From an uncultured Selenomonadaceae bacterium (lineage in GTDB: Bacteria > Bacillota > Negativicutes > Selenomonadales > Selenomonadaceae): a DNA stretch of 64,000 nucleotides. Below, piece by piece: positions 54,615-64,000 of the stretch (position 1 is its first letter; every line of letters begins with the position of its first letter). Under the pieces are notes generated by a model. The model had not been told where the DNA came from and made no database searches. It worked only from the letters and a program-made list of their open reading frames with translations. The DNA is taken from assembly GCA_905233135.1 (NCBI GenBank), contig CAJOCQ010000014.1, positions 4,643-68,642 of the forward strand. Direction: 5' to 3'. Both the position numbers and the translations under genes were made by a program.

Positions 54615-56215
54615 CATTGGGGCGCGCTAAAACAGGTTGCGGTTTTGAAACATCGGTAGAGCTTTAATAGGTATAATGTGCAATAAATTCCCTCCCGCGC
54701 GTTTGTTCTTACCGCTTGCGGTTTTGAAACTTGAGGAAAGTGGATTATTGGATGAATTAAAAAAGAAACCCGCGCGTTTGTTCTTACCGCTTGCGGTTTT
54801 GAAACGCGTATGGTATTAATGTGGGATAAAAGTATTTATTATGCAACCCGCGCGTTTGTTCTTACCGCTTGCGGTTTTGAAACGCGCCACTACGAATCCA
54901 ACATTTGATAACAATATTAGCATTTCCCGCGCGTTTGTTCTTACCGCTTGCGGTTTTGAAACCGTAAACCTTTTTGTTATCTATTCTTGCTACAAAAGTA
55001 CCTTCACCCGCGCGTTTGTTCTTACCGCTTGCGGTTTTGAAACTTTACGATTAGGTTGTGGTTCTATAGGTTTAATTTCTTCAACCCGCGCGTTTGTTCT
55101 TACCGCTTGCGGTTTTGAAACTTTGTTAGAGTGGAGTACTACTTTGTTAGAGTGAACCCGCGCGTTTGTTCTTACCGCTTGCGGTTTTGAAACTCTTAAT
55201 AATATTTCTGATGCGTATTTGCAATTTTTTATTGCCCCGCGCGTTTGTTCTTACCGCTTGCGGTTTTGAAACATCACCGCCACAAATTGGGTACGGGAAT
55301 ATACTGCAGTGTTCCCGCACGTTTGTTCTTACCGCTTGCGGTTTTGAAACTAATTTGGTTTCCATCACGCTTGAGATCATCCAATTTTTCTTCCCGCGCG
55401 TTTGTTCTTACCGCTTGCGGTTTTGAAACCCGCGCAGATAGTTGTAGGACAAAATCTTGATGTTTTGCCCCCGCGCGTTTGTTCTTACCGCTTGCGGTTT
55501 TGAAACCTCGCAAAAATCCCTCCTCTTGCGCCACTTCCACCAGACGCCCGCGCGTTTGTTCTTACCGCTTGCGGTTTTGAAACTTAAGACATTCAGGGCA
55601 AACACCATATTTTTTATAATCGTCAACCCGCACGTTTGTTCTTACCGCTTGCGGTTTTGAAACGTAGCTTGAAAGTCTGCGTAAACTTCAGAAAAAACCT
55701 GCGCCCGCGCGTTTGTTCTTACCGCTTGCGGTTTTGAAACATTTTATTATTGTTTTAAATATTGTAATCATATTTAATCACCCCGCGCGTTTGTTCTTAC
55801 CGCTTGCGGTTTTGAAACAAGAAATGGGAATGTCCGCAGCAGTCTTCACCTCCTTCACACTGCCCGCGCGTTTGTTCTTACCGCTTGCGGTTTTGAAACG
55901 CATCGACGTGTTCGAAATCCACGTATGAAAGATACGCGCCCGCGCGTTTGTTCTTACCGCTTGCGGTTTTGAAACTACGTTAAGTGCATTATTCAGCTCG
56001 TCAAATTTCAATTGAACCCGCGCGTTTGTTCTTACCGCTTGCGGTTTTGAAACCTATCTTTAGTTTGGACGGCAGGTTCTTCGACGATTTTTACGCCCGC
56101 GCGTTTGTTCTTACCGCTTGCGGTTTTGAAACCTGCAGCCTCCAAATTTACTTGTTCCATGATGGATATACTCCATCCCCGCGCGTTTGTTCTTACCGCT
56201 TGCGGTTTTTGAATA
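54615..56215 (+). CRISPR. CRISPR array, 37-nt repeat CCCGCGCGTTTGTTCTTACCGCTTGCGGTTTTGAAAC, 19 spacers
   Basis: 19 canonical repeats start at 54694, 54769, 54847, 54926, 55007, 55085, 55157, 55236, 55314, 55393, 55470, 55547, 55627, 55704, 55782, 55863, 55939, 56017 and 56096. The repeats at 55314 and 55627 share a G6A variant. The terminal repeat at 56178 is degenerate (..GGTTTTTGAAT). A strongly degenerate repeat lies at 54615-54651. Spacers are 35-45 nt. The GAAAC 3' end and the downstream terminator support plus-strand transcription. Confidence 0.95.
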
Positions 56216-56223
56216 ATAAAAAA

Positions 56224-56247
56224 ACGGCTTTAACAGCCGTTTTTTTT
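56224..56247 (+). terminator. Rho-independent (bidirectional-looking) terminator after the array
   Basis: ACGGCT-TTAAC-AGCCGT hairpin, flanked by an A run upstream and T7 downstream. Confidence 0.6.
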
Positions 56248-56398
56248 ATGAGAAAAATTCTGCCTGCCGACAAAATTTAATAAAGTTACCGCGCTTCCAA
56301 TTTAAAGGATTTCTTCGGATAAAATGGAATTACATTTTAAAGACAGTTGAAAATTCGGCTGCCATTCTTAAATTCGCCGAAAATATGGGAGTGATTTT

Positions 56399-57193
56399 AT
56401 GTCAACGCCTGAAGAAAAACTTGAGAAGTTGAAAAAAAATCTGCGCGAGGCGGGAAGTGTAGCAGTTGCATTTTCGGGCGGTGTCGATTCAACTTTTTTG
56501 CTGAAAGTTGCGCACGAAGTTTTGAAAGATAACGCGGTTGCAATTACTGCAACTTCAGAATTTTTCCCCGCGCGTGAAACTCAAGAGGCTAAAGATTTTT
56601 GCCGCGCCGAAAATATCAAACAAATTTTTCTGCACGAAAATATTTTAAGCGTCAAAAATATCAGCCAAAATCCTAAAAATCGTTGTTACATTTGCAAAAA
56701 CAATCTTTTCGCCAAAATAAAAAAAATCGCTGCCGAAAATAATTTGGCGTGCGTCGCCGAAGGTTCAAATATGGATGATAATTCGGATTATCGTCCCGGC
56801 TTAAAAGCGATTGACGAATTGGATATAAAAAGCCCGTTACGCGCCGCCGAACTTTATAAAGCCGAAATTAGGGAACTTTCCCAAAAATTAAATTTGCCGA
56901 CTTGGGATAAACCTTCCTTCGCTTGCCTTGCGTCGCGTTTCGTTTACGGCGAAAATATTACCGCCGAAAAATTACAAATGGTTGAACGCGCCGAAAATCT
57001 TTTACGCAATAAAGGCTTTAAACAATTTCGCGTTCGTCTTCATAATAAACTTGCAAGAATTGAAATTTTGCCCGCTGATTTTGAAAAAATTTTAAAACTG
57101 CGCGAAGAAATTATTTCGGTGTTCAAAAGTTACGGCTTCGATTATGTTTCGCTGGACTTGCAAGGTTACCGCAGCGGCAGTATGAATATATAA
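56399..57193 (+). CDS. larE: LarE-like ATP-dependent sulfur transferase (PP-loop ATP pyrophosphatase)
   Basis: 264 aa. PP-loop VAFSGGVDSTFLL, DYRPGLKA, and a Cys-containing CLASRFVYG that aligns with the LarE sacrificial-Cys region. LDLQGYRSGSMN C-terminus. Confidence 0.75.
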   Translation: MSTPEEKLEKLKKNLREAGSVAVAFSGGVDSTFLLKVAHEVLKDNAVAITATSEFFPARETQEAKDFCRAENIKQIFLHENILSVKNISQNPKNRCYICKNNLFAKIKKIAAENNLACVAEGSNMDDNSDYRPGLKAIDELDIKSPLRAAELYKAEIRELSQKLNLPTWDKPSFACLASRFVYGENITAEKLQMVERAENLLRNKGFKQFRVRLHNKLARIEILPADFEKILKLREEIISVFKSYGFDYVSLDLQGYRSGSMNI

Positions 57194-57232
57194 AAGTTGA
57201 CGAATAAATTTTAATGAAACGTGAGGGAATTT

Positions 57233-58186
57233 ATGGAACTCAAAGACAAAAATTTTTTTAAATATAAAATTGGCGGCTTGCTGTATATGCCCGCTTTTCA
57301 AAAAAACATTGTCGAAAAAATTAAAAATAATTCTATCAGCTGTTTAAATTCAGTTTGCTTTTGCCTTGAAGATTCTGTTCAAGATAACGCTTTGGAAGCG
57401 GCAGAAGAAACTTTGAAAAATATCCTGCGCGAATTAAAAATTTTTTATCAAGAATCGCCAAATAAAAATTTGCCGCTGATATTCATTCGCCCGCGCACGC
57501 CTGAACATTTGCAGCGGATTCACGAAAAATTTTCTGATTCTGCCGAAATAATTACGGGCTACATTTTGCCGAAATTCGATTTAAGCAACGCCGAAAAATA
57601 TTGCGCTGTCATTCGTGAAATAAATTGTTACGTTATGCCGACTTTTGAAAGCGAACAGGTTGCAGACCTTTCGACGCGCACGGCAAATTTAATTGCGCTG
57701 AAAAAAATTTTGGACGGCGTCAAAGAACACGTTTTAAATATTCGCGTCGGCGTCAACGACTTAAGCAACCTTTACAATTTGCGCCGCAATGTCAACTGCA
57801 CTATTTACGATATTGGAGTTGTGCGCGACATTCTGATTGATATTCTCAACGTTTTTGCCAAAGATTATGTGGTTGCAGGTTCTGTTTGGAATTATTTCGG
57901 CAAGGAAAAAGGCGCGTGGTCTGACGGTTTAACGCGGGAGTTGACGCTGGACAAAATTAACGGCTTTATAGGCAAAAGTGCAATTCATCCTTCGCAACTG
58001 CCATATATTTTTGAAAGTTTGAAAGTGTCGCAGGATGATTTAAATGACGCCGAACAAATTTTAAATTGGGATTCGGATTCTTTGGGCGTTGTCAAAGGTT
58101 CAGGCAGAATGAATGAGTTGAAGTGCCATTTGCATTGGGCGCAAAAAATTAAAATCTTGAGCGAAATTTACGGGGTAAAACAATGA
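57233..58186 (+). CDS. HpcH/HpaI aldolase / citrate lyase beta (CitE)-like TIM-barrel protein
   Basis: ATG 57233 after GAGGGAA. CFCLEDSV (CitE DLEDAV-like), GFIGKSAIHPSQ (CitE GxxGKxxIHPxQ-like). Confidence 0.65.
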   Translation: MELKDKNFFKYKIGGLLYMPAFQKNIVEKIKNNSISCLNSVCFCLEDSVQDNALEAAEETLKNILRELKIFYQESPNKNLPLIFIRPRTPEHLQRIHEKFSDSAEIITGYILPKFDLSNAEKYCAVIREINCYVMPTFESEQVADLSTRTANLIALKKILDGVKEHVLNIRVGVNDLSNLYNLRRNVNCTIYDIGVVRDILIDILNVFAKDYVVAGSVWNYFGKEKGAWSDGLTRELTLDKINGFIGKSAIHPSQLPYIFESLKVSQDDLNDAEQILNWDSDSLGVVKGSGRMNELKCHLHWAQKIKILSEIYGVKQ

Positions 58187-59208
58187 CAAAAATTTGGTTT
58201 AATCATTGGTTCAGCACAGCGTACCACTTGATAAATTTAATTAAAGACGCCGCGCCGAATGAATTTATTTTCGTCGGCACCAACAAAAACGCGCAGGCAA
58301 TTTACAAGCAAGTTTGCGACGAGTGGTACATTGAGCCGGCGGAGCTTGACGCCGAAAATTATATTGACTACTGCCTGAATTTTTGCAGGCAACACGAAAT
58401 AAATATTTTTGTACCGCGCCGAAATTTAACCGCAATTTCTGCCGCGCTTGAAAAATTTAATAACATCGGCGTAAAAGTTTTGGCGGGAAAAAATCCCGCG
58501 CTTATGCAAATTCTTGACGATAAAATTAAAACCTACGAATACATTTCCAAAAACGGACTCGCCGAAATTGTCCCGCCATATCAAATTGTAAATTCTATTG
58601 AAGACTTCGCGCAGGTTTACAAAAATTTAAAGACGACGGAAAATCGAATTTGCTACAAGCTCGTTAAGGACGAAGGCGCAGTTACTTTTCGCGTGATTGA
58701 TGACACTTTGGAAAGTGCCGGCGGCTTGTATGTCACGCCCAACGCAAAAGTTACTTTCGCCGCCGCCGAAAAAATTTTGTCGCAGTATAATTTTAAAATT
58801 CCGCTTATCGAAATGATTTATTTGAACGGGCAAGAAATCAGCGTCGATTGTTTGAAGACGCCGCGCGGCAATATCATTATTCCGCGTTACAAAATTAGCG
58901 GCAGGTACGCCGAAATTAAATTTGACGCGGCGGTTATGAAAATTTCTGACGCGCTGATTAATCTTTTAAATCTTGACGTGCCGCTGAATATTCAATTCAA
59001 AATGCACAACGATAAATTTTTTTTGCTGGAAATAAATCCGCGAATGTCGGGCGGCTTGCAACTTTCTTGTCTCGGCGCAAAAATTAATATCCCCGCGCTT
59101 GCGATTAATCAGTTGTTGGGAAAAAATCAAAATTGGAATTACCCCGAGTACAGTTCCTGCAAAGTTGCAAACATTGAAACGCCTGTCTTGCTTGAGGTCA
59201 GCCAATGA
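58183..59208 (+). CDS. ATP-grasp domain protein
   Basis: 341 aa. C-terminal ATP-grasp signature FFLLEINPRMSGG. ATGA overlaps on both sides. Confidence 0.7.
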   Translation: MTKIWFNHWFSTAYHLINLIKDAAPNEFIFVGTNKNAQAIYKQVCDEWYIEPAELDAENYIDYCLNFCRQHEINIFVPRRNLTAISAALEKFNNIGVKVLAGKNPALMQILDDKIKTYEYISKNGLAEIVPPYQIVNSIEDFAQVYKNLKTTENRICYKLVKDEGAVTFRVIDDTLESAGGLYVTPNAKVTFAAAEKILSQYNFKIPLIEMIYLNGQEISVDCLKTPRGNIIIPRYKISGRYAEIKFDAAVMKISDALINLLNLDVPLNIQFKMHNDKFFLLEINPRMSGGLQLSCLGAKINIPALAINQLLGKNQNWNYPEYSSCKVANIETPVLLEVSQ

Positions 59209-60323
59209 AAAATTATACTGCCAATGACGTTTTGAAAATTGCAAAACGCCACAATAACAACAAGCGCGCGTATCTTTTGGTTAATCCGTTGCAAGGCAAA
59301 CATATTCCTACAAGTCCTGCCGCCGCGCTTGAAATGATGAAAACTTTGGGCGAAAAAATTTCTGCGAAATACTCCGCCGCAAAATTGGTTATAGGATTCG
59401 CCGAAACTGCAACCGCTATTGGCGCAATGGTCGCCGCCTCTCTGCCTGAAGACTGCATTTATATTCAAACAACGCGCGAAAATTTAGGCGGTAATTTCAT
59501 TGAATTTCTTGAGGAACACAGCCACGCGCCCCAACAAAAATTATTTGCCGAAAATCTTAACGCTTGGCTTGAAAATACGCCCGCCGTTATTTTTGTTGAC
59601 GACGAAATTTCAACCGGCAAAACGCTCCGCAATATGATTCGTCAACTGAAAAATAAATTTCCACTTCTGAACGAAAAAATTTTGGTTGCCGCGTCAATCA
59701 TAAATCGTTTGAACGCCGATAACGAAAATTTATTTGCGCTTGAAAAAATTTCCTGCGAATACCTTGTTAAGCTCGGCGAAGAAAATTTTGACGTGTCGAA
59801 TTTTGAAACTGCCGCGCCGAAAATTTTAAAGCCCGTCGAAATTGCGCCTGACAAAATTTCTTTCCAAAAAATAAATTTTTTATTAAATCCGCGCTTCGGC
59901 GTCAGCATTCACGCCTACATAAAAAATTTAAATCAACTTGGCGAAAATATTTCAAGCACGATAAAAAGCGGCGGCGAAATTTTAATTTTGGGTACTGAAG
60001 AAAGTATGCTGCCTGCGCTGATTTGCGGAAAAATTTTGGAGGCAGGCGGTGCAAAAGTTTTTACACATTCGACGACGCGCAGTCCTATCGGCGTAAGTTC
60101 CCAAAAAAATTATCCAATCGTTGAAGGTTATCAACTCAAAAGTTTTTATGACTCGCGCAGGACAACTTACATTTACAACTTGAAATTTTACGATTTAATT
60201 TTGGTAATTTCGGACGTTGACAGTTGGCAAGTTGACGCAGTGAAAAGTCTAATTTCTGCGCTTAATGTTCACGGTTACGGCAAAATAATTTTTCTTGGAG
60301 GCGGCAATGTTCAGCACTTATAA
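59205..60323 (+). CDS. Phosphoribosyltransferase-domain protein (Ter-cluster type PRTase)
   Basis: 372 aa. PRPP-binding loop VIFVDDEISTGKTL. Long C-terminal extension. Confidence 0.7.
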   Translation: MKNYTANDVLKIAKRHNNNKRAYLLVNPLQGKHIPTSPAAALEMMKTLGEKISAKYSAAKLVIGFAETATAIGAMVAASLPEDCIYIQTTRENLGGNFIEFLEEHSHAPQQKLFAENLNAWLENTPAVIFVDDEISTGKTLRNMIRQLKNKFPLLNEKILVAASIINRLNADNENLFALEKISCEYLVKLGEENFDVSNFETAAPKILKPVEIAPDKISFQKINFLLNPRFGVSIHAYIKNLNQLGENISSTIKSGGEILILGTEESMLPALICGKILEAGGAKVFTHSTTRSPIGVSSQKNYPIVEGYQLKSFYDSRRTTYIYNLKFYDLILVISDVDSWQVDAVKSLISALNVHGYGKIIFLGGGNVQHL

Positions 60324-61362
60324 AAGCGAAGACGTAACAATTTTATTGAAAGATATAAGCGGGCTCGTCAAGCCGCAATCAACCGAAGAACGGGAAAAAT
60401 TAATTCAAGCGGGGCGGCACTATTCGGAAATGTTGCCGCTGGAATATGAACCTTCGGCGGCGTATTTGAAAACTTATTATGGCGCGCTGGAAAGATTTTC
60501 GGCAATAACTGCGGACGCCGTAGCCAATGTTGCAGAAAAAATTTTTGCGGACAAGGGCGCGGCTGTAGTTTTAATTTCGTTGGCGCGTGCGGGCACTTCC
60601 ATAGGAATTTTGATAAAACATTATATCGAAAAAAAATATAATTGCCACGTGCAACATTACACAATTTCGATAATTCGCGGCGTCGGCATTGACAAAAACG
60701 CAATGAATTTTATTTTGCAACGTCACGCGCCAAAGTCTTTGCAATTTGTTGACGGCTGGACGGGCAAGGGCGCAATTCAACGCCAACTTATTGACGCTAT
60801 GAAAGATTATCCGCAAGTTGACGCGGGCTTGGCTGTACTTTCAGACCCTGCGCGAATTGCCGCAAAATTCGGCACGCACGAAGATTTTTTAATTGCGAGT
60901 TCCTGTTTAAATTCGACGGTTTCTGGACTTTTAAGCCGAACATTTTTACGCAATGACATTATCGGCGCAAATGATTTTCACGGCGCGGCGTTTTACAAAA
61001 ATTTGCTTGACAAAGATTTGACATACCAATTTATTGAAAGTATCGAGCGCAATTTTAATTTTTCAAAAACTTTCAAAGAAAATCTTGACGGCGAAAAAAA
61101 TAACGGCGGGCTTGCAGAAGTTGCAAACATTGCCGCCGAATTTAAAATTAACGATATAAATTTGATTAAGCCGAGCATTGGTGAAGCTACGCGCGTTTTG
61201 CTTCGGCGCGTGCCGTTCAAAATTCTTGTTTACAGTTTGAATGACGAAAAAAATTTGGGACACATTTACCAACTTGCAAAGGAAAAGGGCGTTGAGGTAA
61301 TGGAATACCCGCTGAAAAATTACAAAGCGTGCGGGCTCATTCGCGCCTTGAAAGACGTATGA
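60307..61362 (+). CDS. StiP-like protein (second PRTase-related protein of the module)
   Basis: ATG 60307 after GGAGG. VVLISLARAGTSIGILIKHY resembles the StiP-family N-terminal region as I recall it. Family call from memory. Confidence 0.55.
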   Translation: MFSTYKSEDVTILLKDISGLVKPQSTEEREKLIQAGRHYSEMLPLEYEPSAAYLKTYYGALERFSAITADAVANVAEKIFADKGAAVVLISLARAGTSIGILIKHYIEKKYNCHVQHYTISIIRGVGIDKNAMNFILQRHAPKSLQFVDGWTGKGAIQRQLIDAMKDYPQVDAGLAVLSDPARIAAKFGTHEDFLIASSCLNSTVSGLLSRTFLRNDIIGANDFHGAAFYKNLLDKDLTYQFIESIERNFNFSKTFKENLDGEKNNGGLAEVANIAAEFKINDINLIKPSIGEATRVLLRRVPFKILVYSLNDEKNLGHIYQLAKEKGVEVMEYPLKNYKACGLIRALKDV

Positions 61363-62060
61363 CGAAAAATTTATTTGCCTGCGATTTGGACAACACGCTG
61401 ATACATTCTTATAAGCACCGCGCGGAAGGCGATATTTGCGTTGAAATTTACAACGGCAGGGAACAAAGTTTTATTTCTTGCCGCGTTGCAGAATTGCTTA
61501 AAGAAATTACGAAGAAAATTTTATTTATCCCCGTAACTACGCGCTCGATTGAACAATATCGAAGGATTAATTGGCTTGAAGGCACCGCGCCGAAATTTGC
61601 GGTTGTCTCCAACGGCGCAAATTTTCTTTGCAACGGCGAAATTGATTCTGCTTGGCAGAAAGATTTTTACAAAAATATTCAGCCGTATGAAGAAGAACTT
61701 TTCGCGCAGGAGAAAATTTTTTCGCAGAATGAAAATTTCAGTATCTGCCGCGTTGTTGATAAAAGCTTTTTGTTTTTGAAATGTTGCAACGGCGAAGATA
61801 CAGAAAAAATTGTTGCCGAAATTCAAGCCGTTACAAATTTGACTGTTCAAAGTTCGGGCTTGAAAATTTATCTGTTCCCGCCAAAACTTAACAAAGGCGA
61901 AACTCTTTTAAAGCTGAAAAAAATTTTTGCGCCGAAAAAAACTTTTGCCGCCGGCGACAGCGTGATTGATATTCCGATGTTAAATCTTGCAGATTGCGCT
62001 TGTAATTGCGGCGATGCAAATTCTGCGCTGATTAATTTTTTGGAAATTTTAAACAGGTAA
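61359..62060 (+). CDS. HAD-superfamily phosphatase
   Basis: ATG 61359 (ATGA overlap). Motif I FACDLDNTLIH. Late GDSVIDIPM (motif IV-like). Confidence 0.75.
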   Translation: MTKNLFACDLDNTLIHSYKHRAEGDICVEIYNGREQSFISCRVAELLKEITKKILFIPVTTRSIEQYRRINWLEGTAPKFAVVSNGANFLCNGEIDSAWQKDFYKNIQPYEEELFAQEKIFSQNENFSICRVVDKSFLFLKCCNGEDTEKIVAEIQAVTNLTVQSSGLKIYLFPPKLNKGETLLKLKKIFAPKKTFAAGDSVIDIPMLNLADCACNCGDANSALINFLEILNR

Positions 62061-63446
62061 AAATTTTTTTGCAATTTTATTTGAATAATTTTTACAGGCG
62101 GCAATAAAATTATCGGCGGCGTTGGGGCAACCTGCAAAATGTATGTGCAGATACGACGCCACAATATTTTTATCAAAAAAACCTGCGCGATAAATTTTCC
62201 CCGTTCTCATACGCTTACAACTGAAAATATTTTTGTCCGCCGAAATTTCAGCCGTCGAAAAATGGAACTCGTGCGCGTGCAACTTTTCGCCCGCCTTACC
62301 AATTATACAATCTTGCAAAATTTCCGCGTCAATGTAACCTACCGTTTGCAACTTGTCAGTCATCACGGCGTGCGCGGGAATTACGCCGCACATTTCAAAA
62401 TTATTTCCGCCAAAATCTGTTATGCTGTTCATTAAATACATAAATCCGCCGCATTCTGCGTAAACAGGCAAATTGTTTTCAGCCGCCGCCCGAATTGCCG
62501 CGCGGATTTTTTTATTTGCTTGAAGTTTTTCGGCAAACATTTCAGGGAAGCCGCCGCCGATTATCAAGCCGCTTATATTTTCAGGAAGAATTTCACTCTC
62601 AAGCGGGCTGAAGTACACAATTTCCGCGCCGCGCTTTTTTAATTCGTTCAAACTTTCTTCATAGTAGAAATTGAAAGCCGCGTCCTTCGCTACAGCAATT
62701 TTGCACGTTGAAGAAATTTTATCTGCTGTTGGAATTTCAACATTAACGGCGGGCGCAGAATTTGCGATTTTTAGCAAGGCGTCAATGTCAACTTCGCTTT
62801 CAACCGTCGCGCAGATTTTTTCTATAACTTCGGAAAAATTATTTTCCGCCGTCGGTACAAGCCCCAAATGTCTTTCAGGCAAAACAAATTCAGCATTGCG
62901 CCGAATTGCGCCGAAACATTTTATGTTAATTTTTTCCAGCGCGTCAACAATAATTTTTTTGTGCGAATCCGAGCCGACACGATTTAAAATTACGCCTGCA
63001 AGATTTACGCTTTTGTTAAATTCACGAAAACCCAACGCAACCGCCGCCGCTGAAGTTCCCATACTTTTTGCGTCGATAACCAAAATTACGGGAGATTGTA
63101 AAATTTGCGAAATTTCGGCGGTTGAACTCACTCCCCCAACTCCACCATCATAAAGCCCCATTACTCCCTCAATTACGGCAATTTCTGACACTGTGGCGGG
63201 CATAAAAAAATTTTGCACGAGCGTTTTTTCTCCGACTAACCAACTGTCAAGATTGAGCGAAGGTTTACCGCTTGCAATTTCGTGAAAACCCGTATCAATA
63301 TAATCAGGTCCAACTTTGTAAGCTTGAACATTTAATCCGCGCTTTTTCAACGCCGCCAAAATCCCGCTTGTAATTGTAGTTTTGCCCGCGCCGCTTTGCG
63401 TTGCCGCTATGATTATTCGCGGAAAATTTTTTTGCAACTTAATCAC
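62049..63446 (-). CDS. cbiA: Cobyrinate a,c-diamide synthase
   Basis: 465 aa. AATQSGAGKTTITSGILAAL, VGPDYIDTGFH. C-terminal glutamine amidotransferase region with YAECGGFMYL. Confidence 0.9.
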   Translation of the reverse strand: MIKLQKNFPRIIIAATQSGAGKTTITSGILAALKKRGLNVQAYKVGPDYIDTGFHEIASGKPSLNLDSWLVGEKTLVQNFFMPATVSEIAVIEGVMGLYDGGVGGVSSTAEISQILQSPVILVIDAKSMGTSAAAVALGFREFNKSVNLAGVILNRVGSDSHKKIIVDALEKINIKCFGAIRRNAEFVLPERHLGLVPTAENNFSEVIEKICATVESEVDIDALLKIANSAPAVNVEIPTADKISSTCKIAVAKDAAFNFYYEESLNELKKRGAEIVYFSPLESEILPENISGLIIGGGFPEMFAEKLQANKKIRAAIRAAAENNLPVYAECGGFMYLMNSITDFGGNNFEMCGVIPAHAVMTDKLQTVGYIDAEILQDCIIGKAGEKLHAHEFHFSTAEISADKNIFSCKRMRTGKIYRAGFFDKNIVASYLHIHFAGCPNAADNFIAACKNYSNKIAKKFLPV

Positions 63447-63482
63447 TCCAAAAAAAATAGCGGCAATTTCGCCGCTTGAAAT

Positions 63483-64000
63483 TTATTCTCTCGAATTGTC
63501 CAACAAATATAAAATCGCATTGACGGCGGCAACCGCAATGGGACTGCCGCCCTTCGTTCCCTCAACAGTTATGAAAGGAATTTTGTCCTGCGCGAAGAGT
63601 TCAGCTTTTGAATCAGCCGCGCCGACAAATCCTACAGGTACACCTATAATTACGGCGGGCGAAATATTTTCTTCCTTGACAAGGCGCAAAACTTCAAAAA
63701 GCGCAGTTGGCGCGTTGCCTATTGCAACAACCGCGCCGTTAAGATTTTCGCCGAAAATTCGCATTGCCGCCATTGAGCGGGTAATTTTTTTCTGCGCGGC
63801 AAAATTTTTAACTTCGTCATCAGCAACCTTGCAAAAAACTTCGCCGCCGAATTTTTTCAGCGCGCGCTTGTTAATTCCCGTGCGCACCATTTCAACGTCA
63901 GTAAAAATATTTGCGCCGCGCAGAATTGCCGCCTTCGCCGCGTCAATCGCCGTTGCAGAAATTTTTATTATCGGCGCGTATTCGACATCGCCCGCCGCGT
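63483..64000 (-). CDS. cbiC: Cobalt-precorrin-8 methylmutase, 5' end beyond window
   Basis: IGNAPTALFEVLRL, GVPVGFVGAADSKAEL. The reading frame stays open upstream of the track ATG (…ILRGANIFTDVEMVRTG) to position 64000, so the gene is partial. Confidence 0.85.
   Translation of the reverse strand, partial: AAGDVEYAPIIKISATAIDAAKAAILRGANIFTDVEMVRTGINKRALKKFGGEVFCKVADDEVKNFAAQKKITRSMAAMRIFGENLNGAVVAIGNAPTALFEVLRLVKEENISPAVIIGVPVGFVGAADSKAELFAQDKIPFITVEGTKGGSPIAVAAVNAILYLLDNSRE

Noticed and set aside
54694-56215. Self-targeting spacers against this window
   Set aside because: Reading the 19 spacers against the window by eye, I saw no match. This is not a reliable exclusion and needs BLASTN of the spacers against the full genome.
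54841-56280. Eight track ORFs of 67-104 aa on both strands (e.g. 54841..55155, 55147..55380, 55984..56280)
   Set aside because: They lie wholly in the CRISPR array. Their repetitive peptides (ARLFLPLAVLK, KTASGKNKRAG) are translations of the 37-nt repeat.

Overview
Bacterial chromosomal window, AT-rich (about 40% GC by eye), with anaerobe-style gene content. 1-37.9 kb is mostly housekeeping: an AKR/Fe-S reductase, nifJ (PFOR), the rimP-nusA-ylxR-infB operon, serS, folP-folB-folK/folA, ddh, tmcAL, cheV, a PhzF-like gene, a 4-gene AAA-ATPase/ACP-like/TM cluster, upp, pdxK, queF, tsaE-tsaB-(4 tandem GNATs)-tsaD, a GH3 glycosidase, an orphan livF-like gene and bioB. 37.9-56.3 kb is a complete type III-D-like CRISPR-Cas island. 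It has a divergent accessory operon with two WYL proteins and two CARF-HEPN Csx1-family proteins (one frameshifted, one with an extra Csx20-like C-terminal domain). Next comes an intergenic cassette of six SD-led mini-ORFs. The effector/adaptation operon follows: HD-less cas10, cas7, csx10(+cas11-like tail), cas7x2, csx19, cas7-with-insertion, cas6, cas2, cas1. It ends in an array of 37-nt repeats with 19 spacers. 56.4-62.1 kb is a tightly coupled operon of larE-like, CitE/HpcH-like, ATP-grasp, PRTase, StiP-like PRTase and HAD genes; this matches the Ter-associated nucleoside-like-metabolite module, but no Ter genes are present. 62-64 kb holds cbiA and a partial cbiC. At least four genes are broken by in-frame stops or a homopolymer frameshift. 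Two long G/C homopolymers sit in a promoter spacer and in a coding region. Two families of structured intergenic repeats recur. The most interesting signal is the mini-ORF cassette directly upstream of cas10. Its units carry a strong SD, an AUG and consecutive rare AUA-AUA codons, which resembles CreT-type tRNA-sequestering toxins known from type I systems. All protein family calls rest on motif recognition by eye; no database search was run.
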